IMG/VR virus record: IMGVR_UViG_2593339134_000001
Length of the DNA: 64,000 bases
Strand: one strand, 5' to 3'
Source of the DNA: a virus
Taxonomy: Duplodnaviria > Caudoviricetes
This document shows, in pieces, positions 1 through 11,000 of the stretch (position 1 is its first letter; the number at the start of each line of letters is the position of its first letter). The position numbers and the translations under genes were made by a program. The notes beneath the pieces are model-generated. The model searched no databases. It was given only the letters and a program-made list of their open reading frames with translations, and was not told the DNA's origin.

Positions 1-1197
1 ATGGCGCTCACGACGACCAACCCCACACCCCAAGCCGACAAGAACATCGGCTTCATCCTGGACCCCGGCCCGTTCGGCGGGCCGGTGGAATTCCATAACC
101 TCGCCATCCGCCCGGAAGACCTGACCCGGACGGAACCCTCGCGCACCGTGGTCCAACAAACCCTGGGCGGTGCCTTCGTGGATTCCTTCGGGCGGGGCCT
201 GGGGCAGATCACCCTTGCCGGGAACACCGGGTGGAAGCGGAAATTCCCCACCCACCGGGATTGGCTGGAGGAGTACCTGCAACTGCGGGAGCGGGTCTAC
301 GCCGGCTGGCATTATCATCGGGAATTCCTCGCCCTCGCGGGTAAAGACCCCAACGAGGTGAAGTTGGTCTTTGTCGATACCCTGGACCAGATTTGCTCGG
401 TGGTGGTCCCGTCCCAGTTCGTCATCAAGCGTTCGAAATCCCGCCCGCTGCTCATCGCCTACCACATCGTGCTGTCGGTGGTGGAAGCCGAGGCCGGGAA
501 CGCCTACGTCAAGGCGTTCAAGGATTTCACGGATCAAGAGCGCTGGTTCGCGAGCCAGGCCTCGCTGGGCGACGGCATCGATGCGATCACCGCGTTCCTG
601 GACGACCTCATCAACGACATCGACGGCATCGCCACGGCGATCACCCGGTTCGTCGATGCCTACATCGTCGGCCCGATGCGGGCGTTCACCACCTTGACGG
701 CCAGGGTATTGGGGGTGGTGAACTCGGTCAACCGGGTGGTGGACGCCGTGTTCTCGGTGCCGATGGCCCTGGCCCAGGGCTTGACCCAAGCCGCCACCAA
801 TATTTTCCGCGCCGTGGCGAATATCGCCAACCTGCCGAACCGCGTGAAGGCCCGCTACATGGAAGTCGCGGGCGCCTTCCAGAACGCCTATTGCATCCTG
901 ACCAAGCTGGCCCGCAGGGCTCCGGCCACCCTGCCGAACTACCAGGATATCTACGGCGCGTCCAACTGCTCCTCGACCGTGCCGGGCACCGCGCCCCTGA
1001 GTCCGCTGCGCGGCGTGAATCCCTTCTACTCGCTGACCACGCCCGTCTCCACCACGGTTGCGGTGTCGATATCGCCCGAGGCCCAGGCCGGCATCGACGA
1101 CATGGCGAAGAGCGATCCGGTGCTTTTCCCGCGCACCGGGGCCAACCTGCGGCGGGCGCTGGACATCATTTCCTCCGGCGTGGGATTGGCCGCATGA
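1..1197 (+). CDS. Baseplate/tail-tube initiator-like protein
   Basis: 398-aa ORF; N-terminal 'VQQTLGGAFVDSFGRG..ITLAGNTG' resembles myophage tube-initiator proteins; coupled to the baseplate genes downstream. Confidence 0.6.
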   Translation: MALTTTNPTPQADKNIGFILDPGPFGGPVEFHNLAIRPEDLTRTEPSRTVVQQTLGGAFVDSFGRGLGQITLAGNTGWKRKFPTHRDWLEEYLQLRERVYAGWHYHREFLALAGKDPNEVKLVFVDTLDQICSVVVPSQFVIKRSKSRPLLIAYHIVLSVVEAEAGNAYVKAFKDFTDQERWFASQASLGDGIDAITAFLDDLINDIDGIATAITRFVDAYIVGPMRAFTTLTARVLGVVNSVNRVVDAVFSVPMALAQGLTQAATNIFRAVANIANLPNRVKARYMEVAGAFQNAYCILTKLARRAPATLPNYQDIYGASNCSSTVPGTAPLSPLRGVNPFYSLTTPVSTTVAVSISPEAQAGIDDMAKSDPVLFPRTGANLRRALDIISSGVGLAA

Positions 1198-1820
1198 CCG
1201 CCACGATCTACGACCAACCGATCCCGGGCGTCCGCCTCGTCGAACTGCGCCACGGGGAAAGCCTGCAACGGTTGGCCCTGCGGGAACTCGGCGACATGGG
1301 TCGATGGGTGGACATCGCCAACCTCAACGCGCTGAAACCGCCCTACACCAGCGACGACCCCGCCGACGCCGGGCCGGGCATGGCCATCGCGGGCGACAGG
1401 CTGTCGTTGCCGTCGCCCACCGCCCAGGTATCGGCCTCCGACGCGCCGGACGAGGTGTTCTTCCGTGATTTCGACCTGGGCGCGGACGGCCTGCTCCGCG
1501 CCGACGCCACGGGCGACCTCGCCACCCTGTCGGGGGTGCCCAACCTCCGGCAAGCCTTGCGGCACGCCCTCGTCACCGAACCCGGCGAACTCATGCTCCA
1601 CCCGGACTATGGGTGCCATATCCGGCGGCTGATAGGCCGGACCAACGCCCCCACCATCGCCTTGTTGGGCGGCCAGTATGTGCGCGGCACGCTGTTGTCG
1701 GATGCGCGCATCGCGGCGGTGGATAGCGTCCAGGTCGAGGCGTCGGGCGATGTCCTGGCGATCATGGCGGACGCGCGGACCGTCGCCGGACGCACCATCA
1801 CCACGGGGGTGGCGCTGTGA
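1194..1820 (+). CDS. Baseplate wedge protein (gp25/GPW-like) with N-terminal LysM/tail-X-like segment
   Basis: ATG 1194 overlaps the upstream stop (ATGA); 'GESLQRLALRELGD..W..IANLN' then 'NLRQAL..L.T.PGEL..HPDYG...DARI'. Confidence 0.8.
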   Translation: MTATIYDQPIPGVRLVELRHGESLQRLALRELGDMGRWVDIANLNALKPPYTSDDPADAGPGMAIAGDRLSLPSPTAQVSASDAPDEVFFRDFDLGADGLLRADATGDLATLSGVPNLRQALRHALVTEPGELMLHPDYGCHIRRLIGRTNAPTIALLGGQYVRGTLLSDARIAAVDSVQVEASGDVLAIMADARTVAGRTITTGVAL

Positions 1821-2956
1821 CCTTCCAGATCAAGGACGCCGTTTCCATCGCGGCCAGCCATATCAACCTCGCCCGGTCCATGCAGGACCGGGTGACGGAT
1901 TTCGGCGTCGGCAGCAAGGCCCGCACGCTGCTGGAAGCCCCGGCCATCGAGCTGGATATGCTCTACCAGGCCATGTTCCATGGGTTGCTGGAGGCTATCG
2001 AGGTCTCGGTCTACCAGAGCTTCGGTTTCGGCCAGCTTCCGGCCTCGGCGGCTTATAACTTCGTGCGCTTCGCGGTCGATGCCGCGCCGGATGCGCCCAT
2101 CACCATCCCGGCGGGCACCCAGGTCCAGGTGCTGGGCGGAACCGTGAAATACGTCACGCGGACCGCCGCCACCCTCACGGCCCCGGCCACCAGCGTATCC
2201 GTGCTGGCCTATTGCGACACGGCGGGCAGCGTGGGCAACACGGCGGCCGATACCATCACCGAATGGGCCGACACGCCGGTCGATGGCATCGCCGCCATCA
2301 CCAACCCCGCCGCGTTCGTCAATGGCGCGGACCTGGAAACCGCGGATGCCCGCAAGGCCAGGTTCCAAGCCTACATCCAATCGCTCGGCAAGGGGCAGGT
2401 GGCCGCCCTCCGCTATGCGGCCCTGCAATGCGTCCTGGCCGACGACACCGGCACCGTGATCGAGCGCGTGGCCTATGCCTATGTGGATGAGCCGTGGGAA
2501 GCCGAACCGGATACCTATCCCATCGGCCTGGTGAACGTGTACATCCATAACGGGGCCGGGGCCACGTCCGCCGGACTGGTGGCCTTGGTGAAGCGGACCA
2601 TCGACGGCTATTGGGCCGACGCCGACACGCCGGTCATGGGCTGGAAGGCGGCGGGGGCGCATGTCGACGTGTATGCCGCCTCCGAAATAGGCGTGAATGT
2701 CACGGGCGTTTTGGCCCTCGCCGACGGCCATGCCGCAGCCTCGGTCATCGCCGCCGCCCGCGCCGCCACCACCACCTATATCCAGTCCATCCCGCAGGGC
2801 GGCACATTCGTCCTGTCCGAACTCGTCGCCCGCCTCAAGCGCGATATCGCCGGGGTGGCCTCCGTAATCATCTCCCTCCCCGACAACACGGATATCGGGT
2901 TCGCCCCCGGCCAGAAGCCCATGCCGGGCACAATCACCTTGACGGTAGACCCATGA
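1817..2956 (+). CDS. Baseplate J-like wedge protein
   Basis: 'TDF.VGS.ARTLLEA', 'G..GN..A.TI', 'ITNP.AF.NG.D.E' motifs; position after gp25-like gene. Confidence 0.9.
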   Translation: MTFQIKDAVSIAASHINLARSMQDRVTDFGVGSKARTLLEAPAIELDMLYQAMFHGLLEAIEVSVYQSFGFGQLPASAAYNFVRFAVDAAPDAPITIPAGTQVQVLGGTVKYVTRTAATLTAPATSVSVLAYCDTAGSVGNTAADTITEWADTPVDGIAAITNPAAFVNGADLETADARKARFQAYIQSLGKGQVAALRYAALQCVLADDTGTVIERVAYAYVDEPWEAEPDTYPIGLVNVYIHNGAGATSAGLVALVKRTIDGYWADADTPVMGWKAAGAHVDVYAASEIGVNVTGVLALADGHAAASVIAAARAATTTYIQSIPQGGTFVLSELVARLKRDIAGVASVIISLPDNTDIGFAPGQKPMPGTITLTVDP

Positions 2957-3960
2957 CCCAGGTTCAAGTCCTCGACAACGCCGTTTCCCAACTCCAGAAC
3001 AAGGTCGTTGCCGGGGCTGTGGCTCTGGCGCTGCTGCCCGGCATGGGCACCCGGTTCCCGCTTCGGGCGGGCTATCACTCCTATGTGCGCCTGGGCACCG
3101 ACAACGCCAACGAGGTCGTGAAACTCATCAACCGGAACGGCGATGTGCTGACGTGCCAGCCAACCACCCGGGCGTGGCCGGCCGGCACCTATGTCATCGC
3201 GACGATTTGCTCGGCCTTGTTGAACGACCTCAAGTCCAACGGCCAGGGCGATATCCTGGCGGAGGCGAACGCTTATACCGACGCGGCGATAGAGAACCTC
3301 TATTTGGACACAATCGCCGCCGACCATGTGACCTATGGCAATGACGGCTATCCGGCTATCGCCAATGTCCAGCAGGCGCTCGACACCCTGTTGTATGTGG
3401 CCCCCCAGGCATCCATCACGAACAGCGTCGGCACGGTCGAGATCGGCTCGACGGTCGCCGCCGTCACGCTGGACTGGACCGTCAACAAGGCGATCATCGC
3501 CCAGTCCATCGCCGCGCCCGGCCCCGGTACCATCGACCCGGCCCTGCGGACGCTGGCCCTGTCCGGGCTGCACCTCACGGCGGACACCACGTTCACCCTG
3601 GCCGTGGACGACGGCACCCATACCGCCAGCGCCGCGACCCCGGTGCTGTTCCGCCACCGGCGGCGCTGGGGCGTGTCGGCCCAGGCCGTGCCGGACGCGG
3701 CCTTGATCGACGCCCTGGCCGGGGCCGAATTCGCGGCGGGGCGGACACAGAGCCGGAGTTTCTCGCCGTCCGGCCAGTACCTCTATTTCGCCTGGCCGTC
3801 GAGCTTCGGCACCCCGGTTTTCCTGGTCAACGGCTTGCTCAACACCGCCTGGGTCAAGACCACGGTGGGCTACACCAACCCCAGCGGGTACACCGCCAAC
3901 TTCGACGTGTACCGCAGCCAGTTCCTCCAATCCGGCGGCCAGCAGGTGGTGGTCCAATGA
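2953..3960 (+). CDS. Virion structural protein (baseplate/fibre-associated)
   Basis: ATG 2953 overlaps the J stop; beta-rich, C-terminal 'QYLYFAWP..FG...F.VNG' typical of phage structural proteins. Confidence 0.6.
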   Translation: MTQVQVLDNAVSQLQNKVVAGAVALALLPGMGTRFPLRAGYHSYVRLGTDNANEVVKLINRNGDVLTCQPTTRAWPAGTYVIATICSALLNDLKSNGQGDILAEANAYTDAAIENLYLDTIAADHVTYGNDGYPAIANVQQALDTLLYVAPQASITNSVGTVEIGSTVAAVTLDWTVNKAIIAQSIAAPGPGTIDPALRTLALSGLHLTADTTFTLAVDDGTHTASAATPVLFRHRRRWGVSAQAVPDAALIDALAGAEFAAGRTQSRSFSPSGQYLYFAWPSSFGTPVFLVNGLLNTAWVKTTVGYTNPSGYTANFDVYRSQFLQSGGQQVVVQ

Positions 3961-5714
3961 CGGCGATCCAGGGCACCAACGTCGCCGCGCCCATCGTGCC
4001 GGGCGATACGGCGGACACCTTCCCCAGCCACGTCGATATTTACGGCAAAGGCGGCTACCGGGCGGTGGCCGACGACACGGCGCGGGATGCGATTCCGGCC
4101 CCGCGCCGTAGCGCCGGTATGTTGATCTGGCACGAGGCGGACCGGGCCTACTATCGCCTCGCCAGCGATCTGACCTCGTGGGAGGCTGGCCCCGGCGGCG
4201 GCGGCGGCGACATGTTCGGAGCGCACAACCTGAACGAAATCACCGACCCGGCGGAAGCGCGGGGCAACCTGGGTCTGGGCGAGGTGGACAACACCTCGGA
4301 CCTGGACAAGCCGGTTTCGACGGCGACGCAAGCGGCGCTGGATTTGAAGCTGGACGCATCGGCTTATAACGACCGTTTCAAGGGGCTGTACGCCGCGTTG
4401 TCCGCCCTGCAAGCGGCCCATCCTGCGGGGGCGGCGGGCGACTATGCCCAGGTGGACAGCGGGGTCGGCGGGGCGCTGCACATCTATTCGTGGGACGTGA
4501 GCGACGGCGCGTGGGTGCTGACCAGTTCGGACGGCACCGGCGCGGCGAACACGGACCAACTGCCGGAGGGTTCGACCCACCTCTATTTCACGGCGGCGCG
4601 GGCCATCGCGGCCTGTACCGGGGTGTTCCAGCCGCTCAATACCTTATTGACGGCCCTCGCCGGGTTGTCCGGGACGGGATGGCTCAAATTCACATCCGGC
4701 GCACCTTCGGTGTCGGACATCGCCGCTGCGGACGTGTCCGGCCTGGGCACCGCCGCCACCCGTAACGTGGGCACCGGATCGGGCGACGTGGCGGCGGGGG
4801 ACGCTCCGGCGGCGGCGATCACGGCCCATATCACGGCCACCGACCCCCATGGGGATCGCGTCTATGCCGACGCCATCGTGGCGACCAAAGCGCCCCTGGT
4901 CTCACCCGCGTTGACCGGCATCCCGACCGCGCCCACGGCGGCCCTGGGCACCAACACCAATCAAGTCGCCACCATGGCCGCCGTGAAGGCCGCCATCGAC
5001 GCGCTGGTGGCGGGGGCACCGGGAGCGCTCGACACCCTCGACGAAATCGCCACGCAGCTTGCCAACGACGAAAGCGCCGTTGCCGCGCTGACGGCGGTGG
5101 TGGCGAACAAGCAGCCGCTGGACGCCACCCTGACCGCGCTGGCCGCCCTCGTGACGGCGGCGGATAGGCTGGTCTATGCCGATGGAGTGGATTCCTTCGC
5201 CACCACCGACCTCACCGCCTTCGGGCGGACCTTGGCCGGGTTGGCCAATGTGGCGGCGCTGAAAACCCTGCTCGGCCTGGCCGTGGGGGATATTACCGGC
5301 CTGGGCAGCGCAGCGACCCACGACGCCGACGACTTCGCCACCGCCGCCCAGGTCGCGGCGCTGGCGGGCTACGACCTGCCGTTTTGCTTCGAGGGGTCGC
5401 CCGCCGCCTCCGCGCGGCTGGTCGCCATTATCCTGGTCCGGCCCGTGTGGATGCCCTTCGACCTGGACGGGTCGATATTCCGGGTGGACGGGGCGGCGGG
5501 GGATTACGTGCTGGCCGTCCAGCAGGTCCGCGACGGGGAGGTGCTGGTCGCGGGCACGGCCACCCTGCACACCGACGGCACGGCCACGCTTCTCCTGGAC
5601 GGCGACGTGGACGGCTGGACGGGCGACGAGATTTGGATATTCGCCCCGGCCACGCCCGATGCGGGCGTGACCTCGGTCCGGGGCGCGATCAAGGCGGAGG
5701 CCGTCTTGCCATGA
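3957..5714 (+). CDS. Tail fibre protein (shaft repeats)
   Basis: Fibre motifs 'PVSTATQAAL', 'GLGTAATRNVG', 'SPALTGIPTAPT', 'APGALDTL.EIA..L.ND', 'KQPLDATLTALA'. Confidence 0.8.
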   Translation: MTAIQGTNVAAPIVPGDTADTFPSHVDIYGKGGYRAVADDTARDAIPAPRRSAGMLIWHEADRAYYRLASDLTSWEAGPGGGGGDMFGAHNLNEITDPAEARGNLGLGEVDNTSDLDKPVSTATQAALDLKLDASAYNDRFKGLYAALSALQAAHPAGAAGDYAQVDSGVGGALHIYSWDVSDGAWVLTSSDGTGAANTDQLPEGSTHLYFTAARAIAACTGVFQPLNTLLTALAGLSGTGWLKFTSGAPSVSDIAAADVSGLGTAATRNVGTGSGDVAAGDAPAAAITAHITATDPHGDRVYADAIVATKAPLVSPALTGIPTAPTAALGTNTNQVATMAAVKAAIDALVAGAPGALDTLDEIATQLANDESAVAALTAVVANKQPLDATLTALAALVTAADRLVYADGVDSFATTDLTAFGRTLAGLANVAALKTLLGLAVGDITGLGSAATHDADDFATAAQVAALAGYDLPFCFEGSPAASARLVAIILVRPVWMPFDLDGSIFRVDGAAGDYVLAVQQVRDGEVLVAGTATLHTDGTATLLLDGDVDGWTGDEIWIFAPATPDAGVTSVRGAIKAEAVLP

Positions 5715-6118
5715 TGGGACATCGCGTCATCACCGGGATTGCGCGGCACGGGGGCGGCGGTGGCGAAGGGGCGCCGGTCCCGGTGTTCCAGTTCGCCGAT
5801 TATTTCAGCCCCGACTCGTGGTCGAGCGTGTTCCCGGATGGGGAGGGCGGCTGGGTGGTCAACGTGTCCATATCCGCGGCTTCGGCGGTGGTCGGCATCG
5901 ACGCCAGCGGTTCCTACGATCCCGCCGGCGGGACGCTGGAGTTCCTGTGGAGCTTCCCGCCGCCCTTCGCCTTCGACGACCCTACCGTGTCCGCGCCCAG
6001 CGGCCCCTGGCCCGCCAATGGCGGGCAATACCCCGGCGTGACGTTCTTGACGATCACCTCGACCGCCAGCGGGTTGTCCACCGTCCTGACCGGCCTGTTG
6101 CAGATCAATTGGTTTTGA
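5711..6118 (+). CDS. Small PKD/Ig-like structural protein
   Basis: ATG 5711 coupled to the fibre stop; 'IDASGSYDP.GG.L.F.WSF' resembles a PKD domain. Confidence 0.5.
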   Translation: MMGHRVITGIARHGGGGGEGAPVPVFQFADYFSPDSWSSVFPDGEGGWVVNVSISAASAVVGIDASGSYDPAGGTLEFLWSFPPPFAFDDPTVSAPSGPWPANGGQYPGVTFLTITSTASGLSTVLTGLLQINWF

Positions 6119-6144
6119 ATGTCCCCTTTTAACCGGAGGTTTCC

Positions 6145-7059
6145 ATGGCGCTAGAAGGCGCGGGCGCATGGTCGACGATGCAAGCCCGGATGCTGGACTC
6201 CCTGCACCGGGTCTTCAACAAAGACCCCCTTCCGGTCTTGGCCTTCCGCTTGCGCTACGACGGCGACGCCATGACCTGGGCGGTCCAGGATGGGCTGCTG
6301 ACGCTGACCGTTTCGGGCGGCTCCGGCGCGGGCGGAGTTATCGACCTGCGCGGCCATACCCTCGCTACCCTGGCCGATTTCCTGGCCGCGCAGGCGGGCT
6401 ACACGGTCCTGGATGAAAACCCCGCCGTGGGCCATCTCTCGGCGCTGACGCTGTTCGGCGCGGGCGATCAGGCGGCCAGCGAGGGCGACCACCTCTATGC
6501 CTTCACCAACCTGCTGTGGGCCTTTTTGACGGCCTACGCGGTCGAGTTGGGCGCGGCGCGGGACCAGATCGCGGCGGCGCTGGCGCAAATGGTGTTGCAA
6601 ACCGCCGATTTGGATTGGCTGCAAGAGCACAATACCTATTATGGGGTCGCCTGGATTCCCGGCGAGGTGCCGGTCGATTATGCCAACCGCACCGTGGCGG
6701 AGGTATTGCATCAGCGCGGGAATAACGTCGCTCTGGAATCCTTGATACTCAATGCGACCGGGATGCGCTGCGATGTTGTGGATGTGGGCGATGGCAGCAT
6801 CTATTGGGATGGGGTGGAATCATTCGATGGGGATGTGCCGTTCTCTGGCTATCCAGCGGCCTATGGTTTATTCGATGTGATTATCCCGAATATTCCTTCC
6901 ACACCGGACCAAGACGCCATATTGGTGGCGACGATCCGCCGGATCGTGGACGAAAACCGATGCGCTGGGTTCCACGTCCGCCAGATAGGCCGGGTCGTGG
7001 CGTGGAATGGCTCGTATTCATTCGATGGGGCTATCGCTTTCGATAGCGTCCCCGCTTAG
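6145..7059 (+). CDS. Baseplate wedge protein (P2 gpI-like)
   Basis: GGAGG RBS; 'A..DWL.....YGV....GE...Y..R' and two W-[DN]-G-x-x-x-FDG repeats; precedes a fibre gene. Confidence 0.65.
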   Translation: MALEGAGAWSTMQARMLDSLHRVFNKDPLPVLAFRLRYDGDAMTWAVQDGLLTLTVSGGSGAGGVIDLRGHTLATLADFLAAQAGYTVLDENPAVGHLSALTLFGAGDQAASEGDHLYAFTNLLWAFLTAYAVELGAARDQIAAALAQMVLQTADLDWLQEHNTYYGVAWIPGEVPVDYANRTVAEVLHQRGNNVALESLILNATGMRCDVVDVGDGSIYWDGVESFDGDVPFSGYPAAYGLFDVIIPNIPSTPDQDAILVATIRRIVDENRCAGFHVRQIGRVVAWNGSYSFDGAIAFDSVPA

Positions 7060-7080
7060 CTTTTTATAGGGGTTATCCAA

Positions 7081-8031
7081 ATGACAAACTTCACTGGGAC
7101 CGCATCGTTCGATCCCGTCCGCCGGATCGAAATCTCCGACCGCGTCCTCGGGGGCGATCCCGTATCGTCGCCGATCAATGGCACACTGCAATCCCTGGTC
7201 AACCGCGACACCTACCTGCAAAGCGTGGCGGCGTCGGCGGCGGGCTTGGCGATCCGCTACGCCCGCGTGGCCGTGACCGGCAATGTGTCGGCGCTGTCGG
7301 GGTTGTCCGCCCGTGATGGCGTGACCCCGAACGCGGGCGACATTGTCCTGTTGACGGCACAAACCACCGCCGCGCAGAACGGCCTGTGGGTGGCGGCGTC
7401 CGGGGCATGGACCCGGTTCGCGAACGCGAACGGCGATACCGGCCTGCCGCCGGGGTGTCTGGTGTCGGTGTCGGAGGGTACGCTCGGTGGCGGTACGGTT
7501 TGGGGATTAATGACGGTCGCACCCATCGTCGTGGGTACCACCGGACTGGCGTTCCGCCTCGTTGTTGCCAACGATGTGGGCAAAATCGATTTGTTCGCCA
7601 TGGGCACCCCGCCGCTGGGCTGGCTTGAATGCGATGGCACTGCAATATCCCGCACCACGTATGCAAGGCTATTCGCGAGGGTCGGCACTACATTTGGGGA
7701 GGGGGATGGTTCGACCACATTCGGGGTGCCCGATTTGCGCGGCGAGTTCGTGCGCGGCTGGGATCATGGGCGGGGCGTCGATACTGGCCGGGCATTTGGT
7801 TCATCGCAATTGGGCAGCCCTATCGCGGGGGAGGATAATACGGCGAATAACTCGGTGTTCGGGGGCACTATCAACGGCAATACGCCCACGCTATACGATG
7901 CCGTTCTCTCTGGATATAGCAGTTTTAATACCAAATATTTGGAGTCGGGAATTCCTGAGATCGGGAATGCGGGGTCGTTCGGCATCGCTCGGCCACGTAA
8001 CGTCGCCTTTATGTATTGCATCAGGTATTGA
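7081..8031 (+). CDS. Tail fibre with phage tail collar domain
   Basis: 'PPLGWLECDG..ISRTTYA.LF...GT.FG.GDGSTTF.VPDLRGEFVRGWD.GRGVD' and terminal 'RPRNVAFMYCIRY'. Confidence 0.9.
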   Translation: MTNFTGTASFDPVRRIEISDRVLGGDPVSSPINGTLQSLVNRDTYLQSVAASAAGLAIRYARVAVTGNVSALSGLSARDGVTPNAGDIVLLTAQTTAAQNGLWVAASGAWTRFANANGDTGLPPGCLVSVSEGTLGGGTVWGLMTVAPIVVGTTGLAFRLVVANDVGKIDLFAMGTPPLGWLECDGTAISRTTYARLFARVGTTFGEGDGSTTFGVPDLRGEFVRGWDHGRGVDTGRAFGSSQLGSPIAGEDNTANNSVFGGTINGNTPTLYDAVLSGYSSFNTKYLESGIPEIGNAGSFGIARPRNVAFMYCIRY

Positions 8032-8040
8032 GGGCGCGAA

Positions 8041-11000
8041 ATGGCCAATGTCAAAATCGGCGTCGAAGCCGAACTGGATTCCGTCTCCCGCGACGTGGAA
8101 CAACTCGTCGCCCGCGTCCGGTCGGCGACGGAAGACCTGCGGCGCGGCCTCGAAGTCACCCTCGACACCGGCCGCGCCCAGCGGGACATCGACGCGCTCA
8201 TCGCCAAATTGGGCGAGCTCGACGCCAAGATCGGACAGGCCCGCGCCGTCGGCATCGACACGGCGGGCGCGGCCACGCAGTCCACCGAGGCCCGGCAGGC
8301 CCAGGGCGCGTACCAAGCCGAACTGGACCGGGCCAAGCGGGACATGGAGGCATGGCAGAAGTCCATCGGCGGTGGCCCCATGGCGTCATGGCAGGCCAAT
8401 CTTTCCGGCGCGGGCGGCGGCGCTTTCGATTTCCGTCCGGCGGTCCAGATGGCCGAGACCCTCACGGGCAGGGTGGCGGCGGCGACCACCCACACCGACC
8501 GGCTCAGGCGGGCGCAGCGCGAATACCGCGAGGAGGTGCGCGGCACGGCGGAAGAATGGGCGAAGCTCACGGGACAAAGCTTCACCGAGCGACAGGCCGA
8601 GGCGGCGAATACATGGCTGGGCCAGCACATCGCCAGCGAGGGCCGGTTCGCGCCGTTCATGCGCGGCTTCGACGTGGGCGACGTGGGGTCCGACGAGTGG
8701 CGCGGACAATTCGGCACGCCCGGCGCGGCCAAGCGCATCGCCCAGGGTATCGGCGCGGGTGGCCTGGGCGCCGCCGGTATGGACGCGCCCGACCACAAAT
8801 GGGCTTCCAGGATGCTCGGAAGTGCTGCGGGCGTGGCGGCGAACGCCGTTCTTAACGGTGGCGACGGCGGCGCGGCGGGATTGGCGGGGGGCGTCCTGGG
8901 CGGCATGCTCGGCCCGGCGGGCGCGATAGTCGGCGCGGTGGTGGGCGGCGCGGTGGATCGCGGCATGGAAAAGGCCCTGGCCGAAGCCCTGGAGACCTCG
9001 GCGCTCCGCAAGAACCTGGGTGGCCTGTCGGAGGAATTCGACCCACTGCGGGCCGTGGCGCGGGCGGCGTCGGACGGCCTGGGCATGACCGCCACCGAGT
9101 TCATGGGGGCGGAAAGGCGCTTCGCCGGGGTGGCCGGCACGCGCCCCGAGGAGGCCCGCAACCTTGTGGCCGAGACCCGCGGCGCTTCGCAGTTCGCCCG
9201 CTCGCTGGGCACCGGGCCGGATTCGGCCATCGCCTTCTTCGCCAACCAACGGCAGTTTGGCGTCACCCGCGACGAGGAAGGCTCGCGCCGGATGGCCCTC
9301 GTCATCGCCGAGGCCCTCAACAAGGGCGGCCTGTTCGCCAAGGCCGACGAACTCATGCAGGCCGTGGCCGAGTTCACGGTCCAGGCGGCGCGCACCGGCA
9401 GGACCGCGCCAGACGTGGGCGGCTATGTGGACCTGCTGGGGACGCTCACGGCGCGGGGCGGTCCCTATGAGCGGGACATCCAAGGGGCGGTGTCGCTGTT
9501 CCAGCGGATGGACGCCGGGTTCCGGGGGCCGGGCAGTGAAGGCTGGAACGCCTTCATGGTTGGGTCGTACCAGGGCATCGCCGGGCGGGGATTCAACGGG
9601 CTGGACCTACAGGTCGTGAAGGAGGGTGGGCTGCTGGGCACGCTGGCGGGCGCGTGGGACAGCATTAAGAAGGGCGCGGACCCGGCCACGATCCGCCATT
9701 GGAAGGCCATGGAGGCGGCGGCGGGGCCGGGCGCCAACCTGCCTATGATCGATGTGATGCTACCGCGCCTGCTGCAGCGGTTTGGTGGCAATACCGAATG
9801 GGCGGCGCAGGCCATACATGACAACACGGGTATCGGGGTACGGGAGGCGCATGACGTGATCACGCTCGCCAAGCAGCCCGGTGGCGTGAACGGAATCCTG
9901 GAACGGCTGAAGGGCTTCCATGTGGACACGGCCAACGTGCCCATGGGTAACCTGTTGGCCCTGGCCCAACTCGCCACCGGCAACCGCGAAGACCTGATGA
10001 AGCAGGCCCGGCGCTTGATGTCGGGCGACGGCTACGAGGCCGTGGCCGGGACCGACCGCGACCGGCTGGAAAAGGCCATGGGCGGTTCCGATGCCGACCT
10101 CCGGCAAACCGTCATCGACCTGACCGCGAACCGCGAAATGAAGGACATCGCGGAATCGAGCCTGGACACCCAGAAACGCATCGCGCAAAGCATCACGTCG
10201 ATTTCCTCGAACCTGTTGAAGCTCAAGGACGCGGCGCTCGCCAAGATGTTCGGGACTCCGGGGACGTATGCCCAGGCCATGAAGGATTGGGCATTGGCGG
10301 GGGATGTCGCGGATCGGGATAGCGTGGTTGACCCCGTGTTGACCCGGATGAAAGAGCGGGGCGACCGTATCGCCTTCCTGCGTAATGCGTTGGCACATGG
10401 GGAATATCCGAATGGCCCCCATGGAACGCATGTGCCGCCGGAAACCTTGCAGGGTTATAAGACCGAATTGGATCGGTTGCTGGCGGAGCATCAGCGGGAT
10501 TCGGCGCTCGTCAAGGGGGCGTTTGAGCGATACACCAGCAAGGAACAATCCTACGACCGCCAGGAATTCATCCGCCGGATCCAACCGGCGGCGGAGCGTG
10601 CCGCTGAGAAGTACCACATTCCCGCCGATGTGCTGATGGCGCACGCCGCCCAAGAGACCGGCTGGGGTAAACATGTCCACGACAACAACCTATTCAATAT
10701 CACCGGCAGCTATCACGGCCAAAGCGTGGTGCGCGGCGATACCGATGCCGCCGGAAATCGCATCAGCCAGCGTTTCAAAGTCTATGGGTCCATCGACGAG
10801 AGCTTCGAGGACTTGGCCGACCTGTTGAGCCGCAAATATCCGGGCGCGGTCGGCGTGAAGTCGGCCTACGAATATGGCGCTGCCTTGAAAAAGGGAGGGT
10901 ATGCCGCCGACCCTGGGTATGCCAAGCATATTGACGAGCGGGCGCAGGAGGTACGTCGCATTACGGGAACCCCGCTCCCGCCCGGCAAGGCGCAATACGG

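Noticed and set aside
393-1193. N-terminal extensions in the ORF track (393, 2611, 5384, 16046, 24655, 44208, 48687)
   Set aside because: They overlap upstream genes; downstream coupled starts with RBS or ATGA overlap were used instead
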